Below, piece after piece: positions 1 to 8,610 of a DNA stretch of 12,620 bases. A program made the translations under genes and the position numbers. Each line of letters opens with the position of its first letter. The stretch's first letter is position 1. This DNA comes from Candidatus Heimdallarchaeota archaeon (GTDB lineage Archaea; Asgardarchaeota; Wukongarchaeia; Wukongarchaeales; JBHIFL01), in NCBI GenBank assembly GCA_046761065.1, contig JBHIFL010000100.1, forward strand, positions 1 to 12,620, written 5' to 3'. Below the pieces are notes generated by a model, which saw nothing but the letters and a program-made list of their open reading frames with translations, was not told the origin of the DNA and made no database searches.

Positions 1-153
1 AAGAGAGGTAAAGATGCCTTTTTGAGGGACCACTTTTAGGGCAACAAGCTATTAAATTCAATAAGTATCAATATAATTAGTAAATTTGAGTTAAATTGGG
101 AAGGATGAGAATCATTATCCCAAACTAAGTTAAATTAAAGGAGATAAAAGAAA

Positions 154-552
154 ATGTCATCGACAGCTACAAAGAAAATTACATCAACATACACTTTCGA
201 GGAAACAGGTGCTTTAGTCACAATAACCGCTGCAGCCCTGTGGGGACTTGTTGCAATTGGAGTAAGTCTTGCTTTTGACTTAATATCAAGTGCCCAAGTA
301 ATCTTATTCTCAGTATTGGACCTCATCTTCTGGGCATCAGCCGTGCTCTATGTACTACGAATCGAGTGGAGTTATCTCGTGGGAATAGCGGCTCAAGCTA
401 TCGGTATTGTTGCTATGTTTATTCCCAGTGAAGGATGGACCATCTACGAGTTTGCTTACCCTGTGTTAGACTTTTCATCTATTGTATTAGTTGTGTTTCT
501 AGTTGCAGGCATATACTTCAGTTATAAATCTTACCAAAACTTACGTAGCTAG
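154..552 (+). CDS. Small integral membrane protein (about 4 TM helices), function unknown
   Basis: 132-aa ORF with four hydrophobic stretches. AAGGAG SD-like motif at 138-143. Followed by a hairpin and T-tract. Confidence 0.8.
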   Translation: MSSTATKKITSTYTFEETGALVTITAAALWGLVAIGVSLAFDLISSAQVILFSVLDLIFWASAVLYVLRIEWSYLVGIAAQAIGIVAMFIPSEGWTIYEFAYPVLDFSSIVLVVFLVAGIYFSYKSYQNLRS

Positions 553-576
553 ACTTAAGCATTAACGAACAAATCT

Positions 577-608
577 AGGGTAATAAAATACCCTCGACCC
601 CTTTTTTT
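577..608 (+). terminator. Putative terminator of the membrane protein gene
   Basis: AGGGTA-ataaaa-TACCCT hairpin (577-594), then T7 tract (602-608), starting about 25 nt after the stop codon. Confidence 0.55.
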
Positions 609-793
609 ATACAAAATTAAATCTAATCGTTGTACTAAGTTTTTTCAAACATTTTAATCATTTAAATGTCCTCTTTTTGATTCTAGATCAGTGATCTACT
701 CCAAAGCCTAAAATTCACATTATGTACACTTATAAAGATGTCAGTGCTTCAAAGCATGTGTTTTGAATCATTTCTTAAAGTACATTCACACTA

Positions 794-1047
794 TTAATTT
801 ATTTTATCAACTTCGATGATTATTGATTGAGGGATCATTAAAACCTCTTTAAGCGAGGGATGTTTCTTTAATCCCTCCTGTGTCGGTCTTGGCTCGACTA
901 GCCTTGCTACAGATAACATACTCCTATGGAGTGCCTCAAAATAGTCCGTTAACGTCCGGTGGAAGGCGGTCGTTTAAATGGCGTATCAAGTCGCTCCATG
1001 TCCCAGTGAATGGGATGCGTGGCTGAGCCATTAAATTGTTTAACAAC
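794..1047 (-). pseudogene. 5'-truncated, frameshifted C-terminal remnant of a class I SAM-dependent methyltransferase
   Basis: Manual translation gives GSATHPIHWDMERLDTPFK (1029-973), a 1-nt shift at about 975, then TTAFHRTLTDYFEALHRSMLSVARLVEPRPTQEGLKKHPSLKEVLMIPQSIIIEVDKIN* (973-794). This fits the FHRTL..Y..AL......V..L.EP.P......P....IE..K tail of small-molecule methyltransferases. The SAM-binding N-terminus is absent. Confidence 0.7.
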
Positions 1048-1068
1048 TTAATTGATCCAGCATATAAA
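1031..1068 (+). promoter_or_regulatory. Candidate operator palindrome and TATA-like box upstream of the first AKR
   Basis: TTAAaTTGTT-t-AACAAcTTAA at 1031-1051 (9 of 10 positions pair), followed by ATATAAA at 1062-1068, about 50 nt before the ATG. Confidence 0.35.
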
Positions 1069-1115
1069 CACAAGCAATTAAAGGTTATCCTAGATATCTC
1101 CTGGCGGTTACTAAA

Positions 1116-2084
1116 ATGCAATACGTGAGATTAGGAAGTACTGGGGTCAAGGTTTCTCGAATTTGTTTGGGGTGCATGAGTTTTGGAAATGCAAGCAAGT
1201 GGATGTTAGAAATTGATCAGGCCCGTCCGATTATTCAGCGGGCTCTCGACCAGGGAATCAACTTCTTCGATACTGCTAACGTTTATTCGCAGGGTCGCTC
1301 CGAAGAGATTGTTGGTGAGGTGCTCAAAGCATATCGGGAGGATGTGATCCTAGCAACAAAGGTTTTTTTCCCGATGGGTGAGGGACCCAACGAGCAAGGG
1401 CTATCACGGGTCCATATCCTTTCCCAAATTGAAGGCTCCTTGAGACGACTCCAGACGGATTATGTAGATCTCTATCAGATCCACCGCTGGGATTACGATA
1501 CCCCTATCGAGGAAACATTACGGACCTTAGATGCTTTGGTCCGCCAGGGAAAGGTCCGGTATATAGGAGCTTCAAGCATGTGGGCATGGCAGTTCACTAA
1601 AGCTCTCTGGACGAGTGACCGGCTGGACCTAGAACGCTTTGAATCGATGCAGAACCATTATAACCTCTGTTATCGTGAGGAAGAGCGTGAGATGATCCCT
1701 TTATGTCAAGATCAGGGCATAGCACTAATTCCTTGGAGCCCACTGGCCCGAGGGTTTCTGACGGGGAAGTACAAACGCGATGAGAGCCCTGATAGCTTAA
1801 GATCTCAGCATGACAAATATATGAAAAAGCGTTTTTTCCGGCCTGAGGACTTTGACGTGGTTGAGCGAGTCGAAGAACTAGCGACCGAAAAGGGAGTAAA
1901 CCCGGCACAAATAGCCTTAGCGTGGTTATTCCACAAGGAGTATATCACGGCACCGATCCTAGGCGCTACACGGGTCGAACACGTTGAAGAGGCTGTAGAA
2001 GCCTTAGGTCTCAAGTTAAGTTCGACAGACATGGAACGCCTAGAGGAACCATACAAACCCCACCCAATTCTGGGACATAACTGA
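1116..2084 (+). CDS. Aldo/keto reductase (YajO/IolS-like NAD(P)H-dependent oxidoreductase), copy 1
   Basis: LGCMSFG, FFDTANVY, ATKV, DLYQIHRWD, GKVRYIGASS, PWSPLARG and AQIALAW motifs. Catalytic tetrad D52/Y57/K82/H123 is intact. Confidence 0.96.
   Translation: MQYVRLGSTGVKVSRICLGCMSFGNASKWMLEIDQARPIIQRALDQGINFFDTANVYSQGRSEEIVGEVLKAYREDVILATKVFFPMGEGPNEQGLSRVHILSQIEGSLRRLQTDYVDLYQIHRWDYDTPIEETLRTLDALVRQGKVRYIGASSMWAWQFTKALWTSDRLDLERFESMQNHYNLCYREEEREMIPLCQDQGIALIPWSPLARGFLTGKYKRDESPDSLRSQHDKYMKKRFFRPEDFDVVERVEELATEKGVNPAQIALAWLFHKEYITAPILGATRVEHVEEAVEALGLKLSSTDMERLEEPYKPHPILGHN
1457..1741 (+). repeat. 285-bp exact direct repeat, copy A (copy B at 2507-2791)
   Basis: Base-by-base comparison at offset 1050 shows no mismatch. 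A second exact block lies at 2005-2079 / 3055-3129. Confidence 0.93.
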
Positions 2085-2168
2085 TCTTTACAATTATGAC
2101 AATGTAAGTTAGGTGGTTTAAAATCTCTGGACTACAGGTATTTAGAAAAATACATTGATGTGCTTTAA

Positions 2169-3134
2169 ATGCAATACGTGAAGTTTGGAACCACTGGAAT
2201 CAAAGTCTCTCGCATATGTTTAGGCTGTTGGTCTTTTGGGACATGCAAGTGGATGTTAGAAATTGATCAGGCCCATCTGATTATTCAGCGGGCTCTCGAC
2301 CTGGGAATCAACTTCTTCGATACCGCCAACTCTTACTCTCAAGGTCGTTCCGAAGAGATTGTTGGTGAGGTGCTCAAAGCGTATCGGGAGGACGTGATCC
2401 TAGCAACAAAGGTTTTTTTCCCGATGGGTGAGGGACCCAACGAAGGAGGGCTATCGCGGACCCATATTATGCACCAGATTGAAGGTTCTTTGAAACGACT
2501 CCAGATGGATTATGTAGATCTCTATCAGATCCACCGCTGGGATTACGATACCCCTATCGAGGAAACATTACGGACCTTAGATGCTTTGGTCCGCCAGGGA
2601 AAGGTCCGGTATATAGGAGCTTCAAGCATGTGGGCATGGCAGTTCACTAAAGCTCTCTGGACGAGTGACCGGCTGGACCTAGAACGCTTTGAATCGATGC
2701 AGAACCATTATAACCTCTGTTATCGTGAGGAAGAGCGTGAGATGATCCCTTTATGTCAAGATCAGGGCATAGCACTAATTCCTTGGAGCCCCCTTGCTCG
2801 GGGATTTTTAACGGGCAAATACAAGCGTGATGTAGAGCCAGACAGTCTGCGGTACCGCCATGAGGAGTACCTGCGAGAGCGTTTTTTCCGGCCCGAGGAC
2901 TTTGACGTGGTTGAGCGGGTCGAAGAACTAGCGACCGAGAAGGGAGTAAAACCAGCACAAATAGCCTTGGCATGGCTATTCCACAAGGAGTATATCACGG
3001 CACCGATCCTAGGTGCTACACGCGTTGAACATGTTGAAGAGGCTGTAGAAACCCTAGGTCTCAAGTTAAGTTCGACAGACATGGAACGCCTAGAGGAACC
3101 ATACAAACCCCACCCAATTCTGGGACATAGTTGA
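2169..3134 (+). CDS. Aldo/keto reductase, copy 2 (tandem paralog)
   Basis: Same motifs and tetrad as copy 1. One codon shorter, and mostly identical in protein sequence. Confidence 0.96.
   Translation: MQYVKFGTTGIKVSRICLGCWSFGTCKWMLEIDQAHLIIQRALDLGINFFDTANSYSQGRSEEIVGEVLKAYREDVILATKVFFPMGEGPNEGGLSRTHIMHQIEGSLKRLQMDYVDLYQIHRWDYDTPIEETLRTLDALVRQGKVRYIGASSMWAWQFTKALWTSDRLDLERFESMQNHYNLCYREEEREMIPLCQDQGIALIPWSPLARGFLTGKYKRDVEPDSLRYRHEEYLRERFFRPEDFDVVERVEELATEKGVKPAQIALAWLFHKEYITAPILGATRVEHVEEAVETLGLKLSSTDMERLEEPYKPHPILGHS
2507..2791 (+). repeat. 285-bp exact direct repeat, copy B
   Basis: Identical to 1457-1741. Confidence 0.93.
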
Positions 3135-3225
3135 GGGAAATTTGGTTTCTTCTTGGTTCAGTGCGGCAGCGCCTCCTTCTGAAACCTTTTCAGGGCCTCT
3201 TTGAATACCAACCCATTGACCACAA

Positions 3226-4017
3226 ATGGTGTCATTCTTTCTTTTAATCTTAGTAAGTCTGCTGCAGGGTCTTTTAGAATGGCTCCCCGTGAGTAGTGAA
3301 GGGCAAAATGTCCTAGTACTAATCTCGGTTGTAGGAAACCCTGATTTTGCCCTGTCCCTCTCGTTATTTCTACACGTGGGAACTTGTTTTGCGGTACTTT
3401 TCTATTATCGGCACTTGGTTGTGAAAATGCTTACCCAAAGATCTCCAGACCGAGCCATCACGAACCTTCGCCGGATTCTCGTTCTTGTAACATTTGGAAC
3501 TGGTCTTTCTGGTTTTATTCTATATAGATATTTCTTAGATTTTGTAGGGACTTATTCTGGGAGCATCGTTATGGCCCTTGTAGGTATTTTTTTAATGTTG
3601 ACAGCGGGTATCCTTTATTTTTCAAGAAGAGTAGAAGGTTGGAGAAGATTTCACCAGCTGTCCAATTTCGAGGCGTTAAGTTTGGGCATCATTCAAGGAA
3701 TTGCAGTTTTACCTGGAATATCTCGGTCTGGTTTAACCATAGCGGCCTTGCTTTGGCTCCGAAATACTCAGGAGGATGCGCTCTTCGGAAGTTTCCTGAT
3801 GAGCATCCCCGCATCCCTTGGCATTGTATTTCTTGAGGCAGTGACAGAAACACTACCTCCTCTTCAATTTTGGGAGATCTTTCTCACAATCGGTCTGACT
3901 TTCGGAACCAGCTATCTGTCGATGGACTTGCTATTACGTGTAAGTAGAAGAGTAAATTTCCCCTTATTTTGTCTGATTTTGGGGTTAATTACACTATCAT
4001 TGAATCTTCCGTTCTAG
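3226..4017 (+). CDS. uppP: Undecaprenyl/polyprenyl-diphosphate phosphatase (BacA/UppP family)
   Basis: Signature motifs QGLLEWLPVSSEG, LHVGT, PGISRSG and SFLMSIP. Polytopic membrane protein of 263 aa. Confidence 0.93.
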   Translation: MVSFFLLILVSLLQGLLEWLPVSSEGQNVLVLISVVGNPDFALSLSLFLHVGTCFAVLFYYRHLVVKMLTQRSPDRAITNLRRILVLVTFGTGLSGFILYRYFLDFVGTYSGSIVMALVGIFLMLTAGILYFSRRVEGWRRFHQLSNFEALSLGIIQGIAVLPGISRSGLTIAALLWLRNTQEDALFGSFLMSIPASLGIVFLEAVTETLPPLQFWEIFLTIGLTFGTSYLSMDLLLRVSRRVNFPLFCLILGLITLSLNLPF

Positions 4018-4114
4018 AATGATCAGAAGATCATCTTGGTTGTTGATCGAGTCGTGCTACTCAGTTTTGAATTGATCAAAAATATAATAGCATAGAGGGT
4101 ATTTCGAGAGGTGC

Positions 4115-4615
4115 ATGTTCATCCGAAAAGCTAACCTGAAAGATGCAGCAATTATTATGGGATTGTGGAAGGAGTTCATGAAGGAACATGATGCCCTTTT
4201 GTTTGAGGAAAATCCGAATATTAAACCATACATTCAGAAGTATCTCCAAAGGAAGGAAACCGCAGCCAACCAATTCAAAGACTATATACAAGAGAATATT
4301 CAATCAGATGACGCATTAGTGCTAATTGTTGAAGGAGAAGGAGAGCCAGTGGGGTTCAGTTTAGCTCAAATCAAAAATACTATCCCAATCCTCATGGTAG
4401 AAAAAATTGGATTCATCACCGATCTCTTTATAAGAAAAGCATTCCGGGGCAGGGGATTAAGTTCTCAACTAAAGAATGAAACCTTCAAATGGCTGAAGAA
4501 AAAAGGTATAATGCATATAGCAATCGGTGTCTATGCAGATAATAAACACGCCCGCGAGATCTACAAAAAGTGGGGATTTATGGAATTTCAAGTAGTAATG
4601 CGCCGAGAGTTGTAA
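4115..4615 (+). CDS. GNAT family N-acetyltransferase
   Basis: N-terminal IRKA...D, acetyl-CoA motif A (ITDLFIRKAFRGRGLS) and motif B (N..A..IYKKWGF). GAGGTG SD just upstream. Confidence 0.92.
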   Translation: MFIRKANLKDAAIIMGLWKEFMKEHDALLFEENPNIKPYIQKYLQRKETAANQFKDYIQENIQSDDALVLIVEGEGEPVGFSLAQIKNTIPILMVEKIGFITDLFIRKAFRGRGLSSQLKNETFKWLKKKGIMHIAIGVYADNKHAREIYKKWGFMEFQVVMRREL

Positions 4616-4960
4616 CATGAACTGAGCACGGTATCTGGGTGAAATGGTGATTAGAATGGAAAATCGATAGATGAAATTGGAAGGGCAGATAGTTTTTAGT
4701 TCGAAATTTAAGTAACACCCACGAATTCCGTGGAGAGACAATTCTTAGGATTTTCTTGACAGTTAATAAGCAACCTTGTTAGTTCAGGATATTCTTCTCG
4801 ATTAGCCATAAATTGGCAAGACTATTGCCCTTGCCTTACGCATTGTAACTTGGTGAGATGTGCGGAATTCAATATGGTTCTTGGATTGAATTATGAATAC
4901 CACCAATGACATTGTTAAACTCTTTGTAAAATCGTTATTCTAGTAATAAACAAAGGATGA

Positions 4961-5230
4961 AGAGCTCACAAATTATCTAGTGCTAGGTACGCGATCCTGA
5001 AGGGAACAGTTACCGAGGCGACACTCGATATATTATTTCTGGATTTCATTAATGCATCAGTAGAAGAGTATAATCAATTAAGAGCGGAAAGAAGCATAAT
5101 ATGGGGGAAACCACTTCTATAAATGACAGTTAAATATGTTAGTGTCATGCCAGAAGAAAAATTAGCCGAATTTAGAGCGAATCACCTTGATAAACCCGGT
5201 ATTTGCCAAGTAGTACTGGAAGTTGCATAA
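4961..5230 (+). pseudogene. Possible decayed gene remnant, family not recognised
   Basis: A 90-codon frame with a single internal TAA (5120-5122) and protein-like composition: ...YAILKGTVTEATLDILFLDFINASVEEYNQLRAERSIIWGKPLL*MTVKYVSVMPEEKLAEFRANHLDKPGICQVVLEVA*. No start codon for the first part. Confidence 0.3.
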
Positions 5231-5622
5231 AAGCGGATCGTTCTTCCTTGAAAGTTTTATCAAGTTCCTCGCCATCATACAAGCCATCTCCTTGTTGTTC
5301 AGTAGATTATTGGAAGTGATTGGCCGTCAAAGGCAGAGATTTTGATAGAATTGTATCTAATTAATAAAGGAACCTCCAAACACTTCGGGTGTTCCAAAAA
5401 CAAGCAAGAAGTTACATTCAACTACTAAATAAAATGAGTTCATAGATCAGAACCATGAAAGTGGCTGTTTTTCACATATGCACCCGTCCTATTACTTTTT
5501 AAGTACTCATTTCATATTTCTTGATGCAGAACTCATTCCTTTATCTTACCCACATGCATGTGATCGCTTTGCCCCAGAAGTACCAATCATGGGTCAAACC
5601 AAGATGCCTACTCTTCCGTGAA

Positions 5623-6879
5623 ATGGAGAAAACCTACCAAATCGATGCTGATACTTGTCTGACTTGTAAATCTGGACGACTGTTGTGTGGAAAACCTAAA
5701 TGCCCCCTTTTAACGCAACTCCAGCCGAAACGATTAAACTTGCGCCTTAAACGAATAATGTTCGGACCTAGTCCTCCTGCTATATTTGTAGGATGGCATG
5801 GTTACCCCCGGATCTTAGCGGGATCCTTGGTAGTTCACGATCCGGATTCTAACCAGACCCCTTCGTTTTATGGAAACCCCAGAAAATGGTATGGGTTGCC
5901 GCTCGAGACTATTGCTTACTATCGAACAAGTCTGGTGCGAGGGTATACAAAAGTGAAGGCCCGAGCCCGTGTGAATGGAAAACTGTTTGAAAAGTCCCAA
6001 GAAGTGACCCAGAGTATCAACCCGGTCGATATCGAGATGCAATTTACGAAAACACCGCGTATGGGAGTAGTTTATAGCGCTGTTGCGCAACCAATGGGAC
6101 CCAGTGCTCAACTCAAACGCTTAGATTTGGCCGACAATCCAAAAATTCCAAAAAAAATCAGTTATTTGACCGAAGGAGATGTCAGCGCAACGGCAGCGGT
6201 TACTGAACTCTTTAATGCCAGATTTGAGATCTATTATATTCAAAATCTATTTTCCGCAGGAGTTTTAGGCCTAACACCTAAAAAAAGAATTGTTCCGACA
6301 CGATGGGCAATAACGGCTGTGGATGATATCCTTGGAAGGTATTTAATTCGCGAGATCAAGAAATACCCGTCCATCAACGAATTTTCAATATACTTCAATG
6401 AATATGCAGGCAATCATCTGGAGATCCTATTCATTCCAGATGTCTGGGAATATGAGCAACTCGAGACTTGGACTCCCGGTACATTATGGACAGGAGGAGC
6501 CAAAGTGCCCATCATCATTCAAAGTTATGAACCCTATACTGGTCTGATCGACTATGCTCTTAAGGAAGGGGGAGGTTTTTACGGGATTCGCTTTGCAGTA
6601 GTAGAGGCGCTCCAGAAGATGAAACGGCAAGCGGCGGCGTTAGTTATCCGAGAAATCTCCGAAGAGTATTATTTGCCCGTTGGGGTGTGGTTGCCCCGGG
6701 AAAATGCCCGGCACGCACTAGCTAAGCCCCCACGAAAATTTACAACGTTGGAGGAAGCACTGAGAAACATTCAATCACGTTTAACAATCCCTCTAACGGA
6801 ATGGGTACGGGGATCGACCCTCCTGCCCAAAGTGCAGCAGCAGAAGAAGTTGATAGACTTCCTTCCAAAAAATGAATAA
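5623..6879 (+). CDS. nreA: Archaeal Nre family DNA repair protein (DUF650/DUF651, PCNA-interacting)
   Basis: N-terminal CxxC..RLLCG...CP Cys cluster, SPPAIFVG..GYP, VPTRWAITAVDD, YYLPVGVW..RE, and C-terminal PIP box QKKLIDFL. The ORF is open from 5521. The ATG at 5623 was chosen as nearest to the Cys motif, but an earlier start (5554/5560) is possible. Confidence 0.92.
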   Translation: MEKTYQIDADTCLTCKSGRLLCGKPKCPLLTQLQPKRLNLRLKRIMFGPSPPAIFVGWHGYPRILAGSLVVHDPDSNQTPSFYGNPRKWYGLPLETIAYYRTSLVRGYTKVKARARVNGKLFEKSQEVTQSINPVDIEMQFTKTPRMGVVYSAVAQPMGPSAQLKRLDLADNPKIPKKISYLTEGDVSATAAVTELFNARFEIYYIQNLFSAGVLGLTPKKRIVPTRWAITAVDDILGRYLIREIKKYPSINEFSIYFNEYAGNHLEILFIPDVWEYEQLETWTPGTLWTGGAKVPIIIQSYEPYTGLIDYALKEGGGFYGIRFAVVEALQKMKRQAAALVIREISEEYYLPVGVWLPRENARHALAKPPRKFTTLEEALRNIQSRLTIPLTEWVRGSTLLPKVQQQKKLIDFLPKNE

Positions 6880-7013
6880 ACTGTTTTTCTAAATCATCAA
6901 GCTATGGATTAATACATAATGAAGAAAGGAAAGCAAATTCAACCTCCCTCTCAATGGTGTCTATGCGACAATAGGAATGCTGATGCCTGCGTATTAAGAC
7001 TTAAAATTTTTCA

Positions 7014-7029
7014 TCAGACATTAGTCTGA
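7014..7029. promoter_or_regulatory. Palindrome TCAGAC-N4-GTCTGA just upstream of the protease SD
   Basis: Perfect 6-bp inverted repeat between an AT-rich TTAAAA box (7001-7006) and the GAGGGGT SD-like motif. Confidence 0.35.
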
Positions 7030-7040
7030 GAGGGGTTAAT

Positions 7041-8498
7041 TTGCAAGAAATTGGTGCTGCTGAAACTAAATTAAGCTACACTATTGATACGGAACTTTCT
7101 TCAGGAAATTTAGAGTTTCTTCCCGAATTTTTGAGACGATACTACTTGCTGCAACATGAAAAATATCGAACATTTAGAAAGATAAGCGTCTTCACCGAAA
7201 ACGGAGGACACTATCTTTCTTATCGCGTCTTGGTGCCCAATTCAGAGCAGTATGTAGATGTCACGGTGAAGGCGAGGATTCCAATAGAAGTCACAATGAA
7301 CCTCAGCGCTCCTACCGTCCCCAAATCTTTTTTAGATCAACTCTATGAAGATTTGTTCCTCATCGTGCAATTATTTGAAGAGGAAGTTCGGAAAACCACG
7401 TTATACCTTGCTTTTATGCCAGGAGAAAGGATTGTTCCTGAAAGTGAGAGATCAGGATTTTCCGCAAGGATCTTTACAGACTCCATGGTACCCCTCTACG
7501 GGGCCTTAATGGCTTTAACCTTTGTTTTTTTCTATATCTTCGGCTGGTATGCACCTTTAATCTTTATTGGGCTATCATTTGTGATGTCACTCTTTTCTGG
7601 AAAGTTGATTGCTAGAATGGGCACCTGGGAAATCACAAAAGACCAGCCAGAAATCCAGCTTTTACAATACTATTTTTCACCTGCCGAATTCGGGCAGTTC
7701 CGTCAAAAATATGCTCAGAATATTCCTGAAATCAGAAAAAGGATCTATGAGACCACCTTAGCTGCCGGCAAACCCATCGACTGCGATACAGCTGGTGCGG
7801 TTTTTACTAGCTATGGCATAACATGCGAACCAGAGGATTTCTCCGTCAAGAAAGTGAACCTCTTCCAGATTGTTCAGAATGCCGCGAAGAAGTTTGGTTT
7901 TCCCACCATCCCAAGGATTGTGGTCGTAAACACAATCATTCCAAACGCAGCTGCTTCAGGTCCAAGCGTTCGGTTTGGAACTGTAATGGTAACAACTGGG
8001 ATCATGACGCAGCTCGAGGAAGACGAGTTGTTCAACGTGATCGGTCACGAACTAAGTCACTTGAAAGCCCACGATCCTTTAGTAATGTCCACTCTCTCTA
8101 GTATGGAATTTTTCCTCCGGTTCTACGTGTTCTGGCCCTTCCTGTTCTATTTCGGTTTCTTATCCTATTGGCTCTATTTCATGGTAGCGATGAGTCTCAT
8201 CTACTTCTTCGGGAAGTTCTTAGAAAGCAGAGCAGATCTCGATTCCGCCAAAATGATCGGGCAGCCAAAGGTAATGGCAGAAGCTCTAAGGAAAATCGCC
8301 TTTAGACGGCTCTTTCCGTTACAGAAGAGGGAACCCGCGTTTCGCGGTTATCGTAGGTCTGAATGGCTTCAATTAGACCCCCATCCCCCAGCATACTTCA
8401 GGATTGCACAACTCGAAAGTCTCGAGGAACCTGAGAAAATCAAGCATACCTTTCTCAAGTCAATTAAGGAGAACTTCAAAGGATTTCTTCGGGCATAG
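7041..8498 (+). CDS. HtpX-like M48 membrane zinc metalloprotease with long N-terminal extension
   Basis: PNAAASG, VTTGI..QLEEDEL..VIGHELSHLK (HExxH), third ligand ESRAD, and HPP...RI motif. TM segments at about aa 150-190 and 355-392. TTG start with GAGGGGT SD. Confidence 0.9.
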   Translation: MQEIGAAETKLSYTIDTELSSGNLEFLPEFLRRYYLLQHEKYRTFRKISVFTENGGHYLSYRVLVPNSEQYVDVTVKARIPIEVTMNLSAPTVPKSFLDQLYEDLFLIVQLFEEEVRKTTLYLAFMPGERIVPESERSGFSARIFTDSMVPLYGALMALTFVFFYIFGWYAPLIFIGLSFVMSLFSGKLIARMGTWEITKDQPEIQLLQYYFSPAEFGQFRQKYAQNIPEIRKRIYETTLAAGKPIDCDTAGAVFTSYGITCEPEDFSVKKVNLFQIVQNAAKKFGFPTIPRIVVVNTIIPNAAASGPSVRFGTVMVTTGIMTQLEEDELFNVIGHELSHLKAHDPLVMSTLSSMEFFLRFYVFWPFLFYFGFLSYWLYFMVAMSLIYFFGKFLESRADLDSAKMIGQPKVMAEALRKIAFRRLFPLQKREPAFRGYRRSEWLQLDPHPPAYFRIAQLESLEEPEKIKHTFLKSIKENFKGFLRA

Positions 8499-8610
8499 CT
8501 TTGTTTAGGGGTTCAAACACGCTGATTATTTCGTTGGTGACTATACTGGCTTACTCAAGATATTCTAGACCCAATTTCTATTAATAATCCGATTAAAGAG
8601 GTGTCAATAA

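Noticed and set aside
882-1030. Apparent multi-stem RNA on the + strand (TGGCTC..AGCC / GGCTGAGCCA closing stem, several hairpins, GACTAGCC and TAGTCC reminiscent of HEARO/omega-RNA or group I intron P7)
   Set aside because: The same bases are better explained as the antisense of the methyltransferase remnant. No IscB/TnpB gene is nearby and no complete intron core is visible. An Infernal/Rfam scan would settle it.
936-1121. 61-aa minus-strand ORF in the track
   Set aside because: It is an off-frame reading of the methyltransferase remnant and overlaps the AKR start.
1597-3106. Duplicated antisense ORFs within the AKR genes (1597-1908, 1805-2056, 2647-2973, 2762-3106)
   Set aside because: These are shadow ORFs, and their duplication simply mirrors the AKR duplication.
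4648-4716. GGTGA SD followed by MENR*MKLEGQIVFSSKFK*, faintly like a short-chain dehydrogenase start
   Set aside because: Too short, and no Rossmann glycine motif follows.
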